Assembly (NCBI GenBank): GCA_963820825.1
Contig: CAWGBN010000002.1
Location: 224,001-288,000 of the forward strand
Source: Vulcanimicrobiota bacterium
GTDB taxonomy: Bacteria; Vulcanimicrobiota; Vulcanimicrobiia; Vulcanimicrobiales; Vulcanimicrobiaceae
DNA: 64,000 nt
Reading direction: 5' to 3'
Positions 46,702 to 56,888 of this stretch are shown here, one piece after another. The notes beneath the pieces were generated by a model. It saw only the letters and a program-made list of their open reading frames with translations, had not been told where the DNA came from and did not search any database. How positions within the stretch are numbered: the first letter of the stretch is position 1; every line of letters begins with the position of its first letter. Made by a program: the position numbers and the translations under genes.

Positions 46702-48680
46702 TCGAGCCGCACTATCACGATTATTGGGGCAATCGAATTGAAACGCCGGAGTCCACGCGGCTCGTGCTGCTCGCGGCGATGGGTTATGGCGATGAGGCCG
46801 CCGACGTCGATATCGATGCGAATGCCGCGGGCTTGCCGCCGGTTATCGTCATGCGGCTCGGTAATGCGCAGCGGCTGCCGGTTGAGGCGGGGCAATGGTC
46901 GGTCGAGCTCGAGGACGGTAGCGCGCTTCGCGGCGCACTGACGGAGCTTCCGCTCGGGTACCATCGGCTGACAACGTGTAGCGACCGGCACGATGCGGCG
47001 TGCGCGCTGATCGTCGTGCCGGCGCAGTGTTATCTGCCGCGCACGATGCACGACGGGCGAGTCTGGGCACTCGCGACGCAGCTCTACGCGCTGCGCTCGG
47101 AGCGCAATTGGGGGATCGGCGACTTCACCGATCTCGCCACGCTCGCCGGTATGGCTGGACGCGCCGGCGCCGGCGCGCTCGCGCTCAATCCGCTGCACGA
47201 GCTCCATCCGAGCAATCCGCGAGCGGCGAGCCCGTATAGTCCGTCGAGCCGCCTCTTCTGCAACGTCTTCGCGATCGACGTCGAGAGCGTTGCCGAACTG
47301 GCCGACTCGCCGCACGCGCAGGCAACGATCGCAAACCCTTCGTTTCGAGCCGAGCTGCGCGCGGCGCGCGATGCGCCGCTCGTCGACTACGCGCGCGTTG
47401 CGAAGATAAAGCTCGGCGTGCTCGAGGTGCTGCACGCGGTCTTTCTTGCCAACCATGCGAAGCGCGCGAACGATGCGCGATGGCGCGCCTTTCACCATTT
47501 CGTCCGCGCCGAAGGGCTTGCCCTCGAGCGGCTTGCGCTCTACGAGGCGTTGGCGGAGTATTTTCGCGCGCGAGACTCGCAGTGTTACGGCTGGCAGGAT
47601 TGGCCGCGCGAGTATCGCTCGCCTGATTCGCCCGAGGTTACGCGGTTCGCGCGGGAGCATCGCGAGCGCGTCGACTTCTACCGTTACCTGCAGTGTCTCG
47701 CGCGGCAGCAGCTCGGCGCGGCAGCGCGCGCGTCGCGCAACAACGGCGTCGCGCTCTATTGCGATTTGGCCGTCGGTGTCGAGCGCAACGGCGCCGATGC
47801 TTGGGGCGATCAAGATGCGATTCTCGGTAACGTCTCGCTCGGGGCGCCGCCCGATCCGCTCAACCGGCAGGGCCAGAACTGGGGGCTTGCGCCGCTCTCG
47901 CCGCGCGCGCTGCGCGCGCGCGCCTACGAACCCTTCGTCGCGCTGCTGCGGGCGAACATGCGCTATGCCGGAATTCTGCGCAGTCGACCACGTGATGGCG
48001 CTGCGCCGCGCCTTCTGGATTCCGCGCGGGGCGCCCGCGTCGGAGGGTGCGTACGTTCGCTACCCGCTTCGACGAGATGCTCGGCATCCTCGCGCTCGAG
48101 AGCGTGCGCAATCGTTGCGCGGTCGTCGGCGAAGATTTAGGCACCGTACCCGAAGGCTTTCGCGAACGCATGGCATGCCGCACGGGCGCTCTCGTCGCGC
48201 CTCTTCTACTTCGAGCGCGACGCGCACGGAGCGTTTCTGATGCCGGAGCGTTATCCGCGTCTCGCCGCGGCGAGCATCGGCACGCACGATCTTCCGACGC
48301 TGGCAGGATGGTGGACCGGCGACCGCAGCGACGAGCGAAGATCGCGCCGCCGATCGCCTGCTGCTCGTAGATCGCGCTGGAGCGCGCCGGTGCGATCGAC
48401 GCCGCGGGTGCCGCCCGGCTGCGCGACGACGCGAGCCGGCGGAACGCTGCCGTCGTCCCCGAGCTCGTCGGCGCGGTTCACCGCTTTCTGGCGGCGACGC
48501 CGTCGATGCTTGCGGTGGTCGCCATCGAGGACGTGCTGCACGAGACGGAGCGCAGTCAACGTGCCAGGAACGGTCGACGAACATCCGAACTGGCACCGTA
48601 AGCGCTCGCTACCGCTCGAACGCTATCGAGGCCGACGGCACGTCGGAAGCAAACCGAGCAGGTTCTTCGTGACGAAATGA
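46698..48680 (+). CDS. malQ: 4-alpha-glucanotransferase (frameshifted)
   Basis: [56 protein letters not shown]. Confidence 0.9.
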
Positions 48681-51191
48681 AAGCCGTCGTCATGGCCGGC
48701 GGCGAGGGCTCGCGCCTTCGCCCGCTGACGTCGAGTCGCCCCAAGCCGCTCGTGCCGGTTGCCAACAAGCCGGTGATGCATCACATCGTCGACTTGCTGC
48801 GCCGCCACGGCATCACCGACGTCGTCGCGACGCTGCATTACCTCGCCGACGAGATCGAGAACTATTTCGGCGACGGCTCGGAGCTGGGCGTTTCGATGGA
48901 GTACGTCGTCGAGGATACGCCGCTGGGGACGGCGGGCGCCGTGAAGTTAGCGCAGTCGCTGCTCGGCGACGAACGTTTCATCATCGTCTCCGGCGATGCG
49001 CTCACCGACATCGACTTGAGCGAGCTGATTGCGGCGCACGAGCGCAGCGGCGCGGTCGCGACGATCGCACTGCAGCGGGTCGCCAATCCGCTCGAGTTCG
49101 GCGTCGTCGTCACCGACGAGCGACGGGCGCATCACGCGCTTCTTGGAGAAGCCGTCGTGGGGCGAGATCTTCTCCGATACGATCAACACCGGGATATACG
49201 TGCTCGAGCCGGAGATCTTCGAGTACATGGAGGCCGGCAAGAACTACGATTTTCGCGCAGATATTTTCGCATACGATGCTGCGCGACGGCCGACCGATCT
49301 ACGGCCACGTGATCGGCGGATACTGGAGCGACATCGGCAACCTGCAGCAGTATATGCAGGCAAACTACGATGCGCTGTCGCGGCGCGGTGCGCGTGGAGA
49401 TTCCCGGCAACGAAGATTCGGCCCGGCGTGTGGGTCGGCGAGAACGCCGCATTTCGCCCGAGGCCGCATGTTGCACGGACCGGTCTGCATCGGGCGCAAC
49501 GTCACGATCGAGGCCGGTGCGGTGGTCGAGGAGTTGAGCGTCGATCGGCGCCTCGTCGATCGTCGCGGCGAATGCGCGGCTGCATCGGACGATTGCTTGG
49601 GAGGACGTCTACGTCGGCGAAGGCGCGTCGCTGACGGGCTGCACGCTCGCCGACCGCGTGATCGTCAAAGACCGCGTGTCGATCATGGAGGGCGCCGTGA
49701 TCGGCCGCGGCAGCACGCTCGGGAGCGGCTCGACGGTGCCCTCGAACATCAAGCTGTGGCCCGATAAGTCGGTCGCGTCGGGCTCGATCGTCTCGATGTC
49801 GCTGATCTACGGCATCAAGTGGCCGGGCTCGCTCTTCGGCGCCGACGGCGTGAGCGGACTAGCGAACATCGAGATCACGCCGGAGTTCGCGCTGAAGCTC
49901 GGCCAGGCGCTCGGTTCGGTGCTGCGGACCGGGTCAGATCGTGATGACCAGCCGCGACGCGCATCCGGCGTCGCGCTTGACGAATCGCTGCATGATCTCG
50001 GGGCTGCTCTCGGTCGGCGTCAACGTGCAGCGACTTGCGCGAGACGCCGATGCCGGTTTCGCGCTATGCCGTGCGCATGTCGGGCGATGCGTGCGTGCAC
50101 ACCGGGATCTCGCCGTACTATTCCGATCAGTTTCTGCTCGAGTTCTTCGACTCGCACGGCGTCAACGTCGATAAGAATACCGAGCGGAAGATCGAGAACA
50201 TCTTCTTCCGCGAAGATTTCCGGCGCACGCCGATGGAGGCGGTCGGGAATCTCAATTTCCCCGAGCGCGTGGTCGAAGGCGTACAGCAGCGGCTTCTTGG
50301 AGGCGCTCGCGCCGCAAGCGATCTCGGATGCGAATATGCGCGTGGTCATCGACTACGCGCACGGCAATGCGTCGCTGATCCTGCCGCGGATCTTGAGCAA
50401 CCTCGGCGTCGAGATGATTGCGCTCAACGCATTCTTCGATAACGCGAAGGTGCTAACGTTTGCGGCGAATCGGCGCGAGCATTTGGAGCAGCTCGGCAAC
50501 GTGACGACCTCGCTTGGCGCGGCGCTCGGGATTCTGCTCGACCAGCGCGGCGAGTCGCTGGCATTGGTTGACGATCGCGGGCGGATCGTCGAGGGGAGCC
50601 GGCTGCTGACGCTGCTGACCGCGCTCGTGGCGCAGCGTCGTGCCCGGTGCGCGGATTGCGGTGCCGGTGATGGCGCCGCAGCGCCATCGAGGTGGTGGCC
50701 GAGCAGCACGGCGCGACTGTCCTTCGCACGCGCACCGACCGGCGGTCGCTGATGGCGTTGGCAGCGCGGGAAGGCTCGTCACTCGCCTTCGCCGGCGGGG
50801 CGAACTACGAGCTGATCTTCCCCGAGTTTGCGCCGGTCTTCGACTCGCTCTACGGCGCGGCGAAAGTGATGGAGCTGATCGCGGCACAGGGCCGTCCCTT
50901 GAGTGCGATCGTCGACGAGTTGCCGCCGTCGCACCTCGCATCGCGACGCGATCACGTGCCCGTGGGAACGCAAGGGCCAGATCATGCGCCGGCTCCTCGA
51001 CGAAACCGATGGCCAAGAACGTCGAGCTCACCGATGGCATTCGCGTGGCACGCGAAGGCGGGTGGGTGCTCGTGATCCCCGACGCGAGCGATCCGCTGTT
51101 CAACGTCTGGGCCGAGGGGCGCTCCGACGAAGAGGCCAACCGCTACGCCGACGAGATTGCCGGCCGGATTGATGAACTAGCGCGTTCCTAA
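48677..51191 (+). CDS. Mannose-1-phosphate guanylyltransferase-phosphohexomutase fusion (frameshifted)
   Basis: [29 protein letters not shown], LbH repeats, then PMM-like domain (LFGADGVSG...DGIRV...[11 protein letters not shown]). Confidence 0.87.
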
Positions 51192-51280
51192 GTCTGCAAA
51201 AGGCTGAACTTGCCGCCTACGCGATCATAGCTTTCAGGATGTCGGGGCGGCGGTAATACCGACGATGGCCCCACGCCAGC

Positions 51281-52549
51281 CTACTTGGTTATCATCGTCC
51301 AGTGATACAGCTGTGCGGAAACGCCATAGTGTAGTCGATTGCAGGTTAAATCTCCCTGATTTAATGGTTGACCGTCATTCCCGCTGAGATTTATAAAACT
51401 AGTACCGTTGTGCGTTATTTCAAGATCGGTTGATTCAAAGAATGCTGGAAGTAAGTTGCAATAGTCCGACCATGTTCCATCCTTAACCGCGTGTTCTTCG
51501 AAGAAATCCCAGCCCGTATTGCCCATTGTGGTCAAGGTTTGACCGGACGACCGGTACTTCTCGTCCCAACGTCCGCTCTGGTAATTATATAATTTTGCAA
51601 CCCAGATATTTCCGCCAGGCAAATGCGTCGTTTGTACGGTGTATTCCCCGATGCCCGAACCAAAGTCACGCACGTATTGGCTTATAAACTCGGCATTTAC
51701 TATGAGCGGTACCGCCGGATTATTTACCATCGCGTTGCACCAATCCCAAAACCAAACCTGCGCAGGACCGCTGCTATATGCCGTAACGACTTCAATACAA
51801 GCTCCGTCTGGAGCGAGCATTGTCGGAGCATACAGGTAGCTACCAGAGTCGGCATCAAACCGCAGCGCCGGGTTTACGCTCTGGTTTGCATACGCCGCTT
51901 TGATCGCATTCGAAGCGCCCATAAAGAACCCGCGACCTGCATAAACTCGGAGCGGCGTGCCCGCGGGAGCGGGCAGCGATTTGCTATGGAGGAACAGTAG
52001 CCGCTGTTTGGACGGATCCTTCACGGATAATACGGTTGCGGGCGCAGTTATCGGTAGCCCCTTTTTTTCCTCATGCATAGCAGCGGAAACTTCTCTGAAG
52101 CTTGTGGCTGCGGTGCTTAGTGCCAGCGACGGCGACATGGTTGCCGCCGTCGAGGTTGCGGGGCTGGAGGAGCTTGTCGCGTTTCCCGATGGGGTGCCCG
52201 TCGCATTTGCCGACGGGGCAATCGTCGGGGCGGCGCCGCTCGATAACGAACTTGGTGATACCGAACTACCTACCGAAGCACCACCTAATGGCGAACTTGT
52301 TGCAAAGGGCACGTAGTCCTTGTACTCTGTCACGAAAGTCGCGCGAACTTGGCTCGGCGGTGGCAGCGGTTGCGGCGCTACTTGGGCGACCTCCTCTGGG
52401 GGCGCAGGCGTAGCCTTTATCAAGACAACCGTCGGAGCTGGCGCAGGCTTTACGTTCCCGCCCCTGCAACCAGACAGCAGTACGAGGATACTCACGCTCG
52501 CGGTAAGCATCCCAAACCTTGAGATTCGAGCAGTGTGCATGAGAGCCAT
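51281..52549 (-). CDS. Hypothetical lipoprotein with Ser/Thr-rich linker and C-terminal beta domain
   Basis: Lipobox LLSGC, low-complexity linker, YAPTMLAPDGACIEV...WFWDWC...GWDFFE domain, AT-richer codons. Confidence 0.75.
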   Translation of the reverse strand: MALMHTARISRFGMLTASVSILVLLSGCRGGNVKPAPAPTVVLIKATPAPPEEVAQVAPQPLPPPSQVRATFVTEYKDYVPFATSSPLGGASVGSSVSPSSLSSGAAPTIAPSANATGTPSGNATSSSSPATSTAATMSPSLALSTAATSFREVSAAMHEEKKGLPITAPATVLSVKDPSKQRLLFLHSKSLPAPAGTPLRVYAGRGFFMGASNAIKAAYANQSVNPALRFDADSGSYLYAPTMLAPDGACIEVVTAYSSGPAQVWFWDWCNAMVNNPAVPLIVNAEFISQYVRDFGSGIGEYTVQTTHLPGGNIWVAKLYNYQSGRWDEKYRSSGQTLTTMGNTGWDFFEEHAVKDGTWSDYCNLLPAFFESTDLEITHNGTSFINLSGNDGQPLNQGDLTCNRLHYGVSAQLYHWTMITK

Positions 52550-52817
52550 TGCGACGTGCCTCCATCGGTTGAAGATGCCGAGGCGCCAAGCCGCCCCGCA
52601 TCACGGTAAGACTAGCCACTCAGCTAGCACGTACTAGCTAGCTGGTGCGGTTTCCTATTGAACTGCAGTCAGGGTTGCCATCAGCGCACCAAAGCCGGTG
52701 CCGTGCCTAACCGTAAACGGTCGAAGACCTCTGTCCAGTCGATCGCCTGGTTTTGCGTGGACAGTCTCCTCCTTTTAATTTGAGCGGTACGAGTAATTAG
52801 AGTGGTACAAGGCTCGC

Positions 52818-54467
52818 TTAACAGTTCGGCGGAACGGTAAGAATCGTCATGTCACTTTTCATGGCGTCTTGCGCATTCTTATACGCCGCGGGATCGGAAT
52901 CGATATTTCGTATTAGAATTTGCCCCGGGTCAATGCTGGTAAAGTTGGCGGTGCTCGGATCGGGTGTCGGAATCGTTATTAGCGACGTCGTGGGCGGCGG
53001 AGTGGCAGTTGGGCTCCTACCTAGTGCGGATGCATCGCGTGGATCATAGGGCCCACGTCGTTCGGCCCATAGCTGAATGTCGCTAAATGTCGGCATCGTA
53101 ACATGTTTGCTCCAGTAGCATGCCTCGCGCTGAATGTGCGCATTTTCAAATGCCTCTTCCACGGAACTAACGTCACTGAGACACTTGATGCCTGACGTAA
53201 CACCCGTAACGCCCGAGCAATCCGACGCGATGGCCCCGATCGTCGAAAGCGTTCCCTGAAAACCGCTGGGTGCTGGGGCCGGCGGGGGAGGTGGGGTTGG
53301 AAGGCTGTCGATGAACTGGATAGCAGCGGTCGCCAGGAAGAGATTCCTGACGTAGTCGTCCGCCACATAGGTGCCTACATTTTCATTGGTCACTTGGGCC
53401 AATAGACTTGGCGAAGTCGACAAGTATGAGGCCAGGTCTCGCGAGTCTATTTGCGTTTGCGCGTTGAACGCCAGAGTTTCGGCATCTGTTGTGCTTAAAG
53501 GTGATGGCGTTGCAGTAGCCGTCGGGCTCGTGGCGCCGGTGACTTGCCCGCTGGACAACAGTTTGTTCGCTGCAGCAATATCGCCTTGATAGTCAGCTAG
53601 AACATCATTAAATAGATCGCTGCACGTGGGCTTAGAGGGCGAAACAGAGGGGCTCGGTGACGGCGCCGAGCTTGGCGAAGCTGACGGTGCAGCTGAATGC
53701 GCTGTCTTAGCCTTAGTGGTTTTTGTTGAGCTACCGCTGCCTTGTTGGCTGCTCTGATGGCGTCCGCGTTGAGTTGGATTTGGCGATGCTAGGTAGCCAT
53801 CTAACTGGTAAGCGTCGTCGAACCCTAGGGGAGCGACGCCAACTTCGGAGCCACCGACATCGCTTACCGAGTGCATAGAAACGTAGACTACGTCGCTATA
53901 TCCAGTTAGAGAAGCGACGGAATCAGGGATCGGAGGCGTCTTGTTTTTTTTTGATTTATCTGAAGCGCTGTTATTCTTTTTATTGCTTGCCGAACTACTT
54001 GCTGAAGGTGTGGGAGATGCAGTCCCCGATGGTGACGAACTAGGACTGGCCGTTGCGGGTGTAACGAGCGCCGTATTCCAACAGCTGCGCAATGTTTCGA
54101 ATTTGCTGCGCCATTTCATCTCTGCCGCGGGGTTCTTGACGATCGTTATCTCGTATGCAATATCTGCCATGACAATCCCGCGCATCGCCTGAAGACTGAG
54201 CTGGTGAGGGTCGGGCGATGCTCCTGGACTTGAAGTCCCGAACAGCGTGAGGTCCATTACCGTTTCGCCCTGCTTTACGCTCCCTTTTGAGCGAAGCATT
54301 GCGGACTCGTACTTCAGGAAGAATCCAATTGCGGCCGCGCCGATCGCACTGATGATGGCAACGGTCCACGCATGACCATCCCAGGTCCAGGCATTGGCGC
54401 GCCTGGGTGGAGAGAGAGTAGCAACCAGTCCGGCCAGAGCAATGAGGGCGAGGAAGCGTCGCAGCAT
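52818..54467 (-). CDS. Hypothetical secreted/membrane Ser/Thr/Pro-rich protein
   Basis: GGGAGG RBS, signal peptide plus a second hydrophobic segment, long low-complexity tracts, several Cys, AT-richer codons. Confidence 0.72.
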   Translation of the reverse strand: MLRRFLALIALAGLVATLSPPRRANAWTWDGHAWTVAIISAIGAAAIGFFLKYESAMLRSKGSVKQGETVMDLTLFGTSSPGASPDPHQLSLQAMRGIVMADIAYEITIVKNPAAEMKWRSKFETLRSCWNTALVTPATASPSSSPSGTASPTPSASSSASNKKNNSASDKSKKNKTPPIPDSVASLTGYSDVVYVSMHSVSDVGGSEVGVAPLGFDDAYQLDGYLASPNPTQRGRHQSSQQGSGSSTKTTKAKTAHSAAPSASPSSAPSPSPSVSPSKPTCSDLFNDVLADYQGDIAAANKLLSSGQVTGATSPTATATPSPLSTTDAETLAFNAQTQIDSRDLASYLSTSPSLLAQVTNENVGTYVADDYVRNLFLATAAIQFIDSLPTPPPPPAPAPSGFQGTLSTIGAIASDCSGVTGVTSGIKCLSDVSSVEEAFENAHIQREACYWSKHVTMPTFSDIQLWAERRGPYDPRDASALGRSPTATPPPTTSLITIPTPDPSTANFTSIDPGQILIRNIDSDPAAYKNAQDAMKSDMTILTVPPNC

Positions 54468-54878
54468 TTAACCTCCCACGGAATAAATCACCCTGCAAAC
54501 ACCAAGCTGCCGCTGACGACGCCCGCAAGCCCCTTCTCGCAGGGAAGAATGAGCATGACAGCTTGCTTTGGACTGGCTATTCCGGCTAGCCCATTTGAAG
54601 CCTCTTGCTGAGCCTTCCCCGTGCGGGCGGTGCGGGGCGCCAAAAGCGCTCAACGGCAAGCCGCGGTAGGCGGAGCCGTTCGGGGGCCTGGCGTTGGTCC
54701 GACCAAACTGCGACAAACCTCCACGACACGGATACCCGAATCATTGCCGCGGTGCCACGACGATGCGCTCTACGGAGCCCGGTGCGGTCCTCTGCTGAGG
54801 GCCCAATGCCTGGCGCGAAAGTGTGACTCCGCTGGCCTTAGGGCCACCCCGCTTTCCAGCCAGATAGTACAGGCTAAG

Positions 54879-56432
54879 TTAATGGCCGACGCCGGATAAA
54901 TGCCCGCGCGCCGCCGCTTCCGCAACTAACGCCGCACGATTGTTTACACCATAGGCTCGGAATACGGCCTTCAGATGATTCCTAACCGTATGCTGGCTTA
55001 GACCAAGTTCAGAAGCAATTTCGGCAGTAGTCATCTTGCGGCAGAGCATGCCGAAGACTTTACTCTGCATGGGCGGCAACTTAACGGGTGGATTCGACGC
55101 CGCCGACGCCCGATCGCGAAGCTCGCGGGCGAGCCACGATTGGGGGAACGCCTCGAGCTTGTCCTCGGCGAGGTGGCGCCAGCGCTCCTTCTTCGTCACT
55201 TCAAATAACCTGATCGCCGTACGCGCGGCACGCCAATCGAAGCCGATCCGGTCGAAAATAACCCACGCAGCGCGCAAGACCTCTTCAGCGCCGGCGCCTT
55301 TGCCGGACATCCGAACGACGCCCTCGGTGTACGCGGCATAGGCTTCGAGGCGATGGTCGAAGGCGAAAAGATGCAGCGGCGAGCGGATCCGGTCGAGTCC
55401 TTTATACCGCGCGAGATAGTACCGCCCTCGCTCCGGGTCGATCTCGACCGTGGCTCTGGCGAGGAGGAGCAAAGCCAGTCGCTCCTCGCCGGCCAAGGCG
55501 TTCCAATCGATTCGCTCGGCGACGTTCTCGGCCTGAGCGATTTCGTCGAGTGCCCAGTTCTGCTCCCCGACGATGCGCGCGAAGTACGCGCGATCCAGCA
55601 ATAGGATTACCCTGAAGGCGTCGCTAGGGATCCGGCGCTCCGCGGCGCGCAGATACCGAAAGCATCCCAGCATATCGCCGCGCAACGCGCACGACCAACC
55701 GACGGTGACGAGCGCCTGGAATCGCTGCGTCGTAAAGTCTTCCGGCCACTCGATGGGCTGATCCACCTCGCTTCGCGCTAGCGCTACGGCTTCGTCGAAG
55801 GCAAGTTCGCGTCCGAGCAGCGCGAGGTTTTGAACGGCGTGAAACCACTCTTCACGATACTGCTCGCGGTGTTTTCCGATCAAACCGATCGCCTTAATTA
55901 ACGATTGCGCCGCCTCACGATAGCGCTCTTCATGGCAGTGGATGAACGAACGCAGCAGCTCGTTGGAAACTTTTGTCGCGTGCGACTTCTCGCGAGCCAT
56001 TTCGGCCGTAAGGCGCCATGCTTCATCGGTACGGCCCTCGAGCATCTGACGTCGGGCGATGTGGTAGGTGAGTTGGGCCCGATCGGCTGCCGAAGACAGC
56101 GTGCGCTCCGCTTGAGCGAAGTGCTCGTCGGCGCGCTCAAAATCATGCATTCGCGAGTAGCCGACGCCGAGGAGCATCGCCCACTTCCCGCGCTGGCCGG
56201 CGGGGCGCCCCTTCGGAGGACGCCGGATGAGAAACGCTACGGCGCGGTTTTCGTCGTGCTTGAGCAGAATTCGGGCTCGTAGCAGGTCGTCTTCATAGGT
56301 CGTGGCCGCGCCATCCGAAACGGCGGCGTCGTAGGCATCTCCTGCAGCGAGGAATTCGGCATTGGCGTAGTGACTGAGCATCGCATCGCGCCACTCCCGC
56401 ACCCCAGCTTGCTTCTTTGGCATAGCCGTCAT
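54879..56432 (-). CDS. TPR-like helical sensor with C-terminal LuxR-type HTH transcriptional regulator
   Basis: Long all-helical N-terminal region with TPR-like repeats. C-terminus LPPMQSKVFGMLCRKMTTAEIASELGLSQHTVRNHLKAVFRAYGVNNRAAL. No REC or ATPase motif. Confidence 0.85.
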   Translation of the reverse strand: MTAMPKKQAGVREWRDAMLSHYANAEFLAAGDAYDAAVSDGAATTYEDDLLRARILLKHDENRAVAFLIRRPPKGRPAGQRGKWAMLLGVGYSRMHDFERADEHFAQAERTLSSAADRAQLTYHIARRQMLEGRTDEAWRLTAEMAREKSHATKVSNELLRSFIHCHEERYREAAQSLIKAIGLIGKHREQYREEWFHAVQNLALLGRELAFDEAVALARSEVDQPIEWPEDFTTQRFQALVTVGWSCALRGDMLGCFRYLRAAERRIPSDAFRVILLLDRAYFARIVGEQNWALDEIAQAENVAERIDWNALAGEERLALLLLARATVEIDPERGRYYLARYKGLDRIRSPLHLFAFDHRLEAYAAYTEGVVRMSGKGAGAEEVLRAAWVIFDRIGFDWRAARTAIRLFEVTKKERWRHLAEDKLEAFPQSWLARELRDRASAASNPPVKLPPMQSKVFGMLCRKMTTAEIASELGLSQHTVRNHLKAVFRAYGVNNRAALVAEAAARGHLSGVGH

Positions 56433-56437
56433 GATTA

Positions 56438-56464
56438 GGCGGCGGGGGGCAAGCCCCCGCCGCC
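56438..56464. other. Strong GC hairpin between peptide and regulator genes
   Basis: GGCGGCGGGGG-GCAAG-CCCCCGCCGCC (11-bp stem), no U-tract. Confidence 0.7.
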
Positions 56465-56478
56465 GCCTCGATTTGCCG

Positions 56479-56679
56479 CTAGTGGCCTCCTCCTCCGCCG
56501 GTTCCCTCTCCCGGCATCGTGCCACCGCCTCCGTCGGTTGGGCCGGGCATCGTTCCGCCGGCGCCGTCCATCGGTCCGGCGATTGCGCCGCCGGCCGCGT
56601 GAATCGAAGCGCCGGAACCTCCGGAGAATCCGGTTAAGAATCCAAATAGCAGTGCGAGCCCGTGAAGAAACAGGAACAT
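56479..56679 (-). CDS. 66-aa secreted Gly-rich peptide with tandem core repeats (candidate signalling propeptide)
   Basis: AAAGGA RBS ~8 nt before ATG. Hydrophobic leader MFLFLHGLALLFGFLTG, then GPMDGAGGTMP-GPTDGGGGTMP-GEGTGGGGGH. Confidence 0.72.
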   Translation of the reverse strand: MFLFLHGLALLFGFLTGFSGGSGASIHAAGGAIAGPMDGAGGTMPGPTDGGGGTMPGEGTGGGGGH

Positions 56680-56818
56680 CGGGACTGTCCTTTCTGCCGC
56701 ACAAGCCACGGCAAGTACCAATGAGCTAGCTCAATCGGCCAGCTTACTTGGATTATCGGACAGTTTAGGGGGCGGTCAATAGGGACAGGGGGTTACTTCG
56801 TCGCTTTCTTGAGCGTTC

Positions 56819-56888
56819 GTCCATCGACTGCGGCGTTGCGCGCCTGCGCTCAGGATGACAAAGTGGGGGCGCTTCGCTCAGGATGACA
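56819..56888 (-). repeat. REP-like element (one full copy and one partial copy)
   Basis: Reverse strand TGTCATCCTGAGCGCAGGCGCGCAACGCCGCAGTCGATGGAC (56860-56819) and a second TGTCATCCTGAGCGAAG (56888-56872) that supplies the GT4 stop codon. Confidence 0.7.

Noticed and set aside
39148..51191. Fragmented glycogen genes
   Set aside because: All catalytic motifs are present in order across frames, which again points to sequencing indels.
56479..56679. RiPP precursor with multiple cores
   Set aside because: No modifying enzyme or dedicated transporter is adjacent. The neighbour is a regulator, so a signalling role is preferred, although a RiPP is not excluded.
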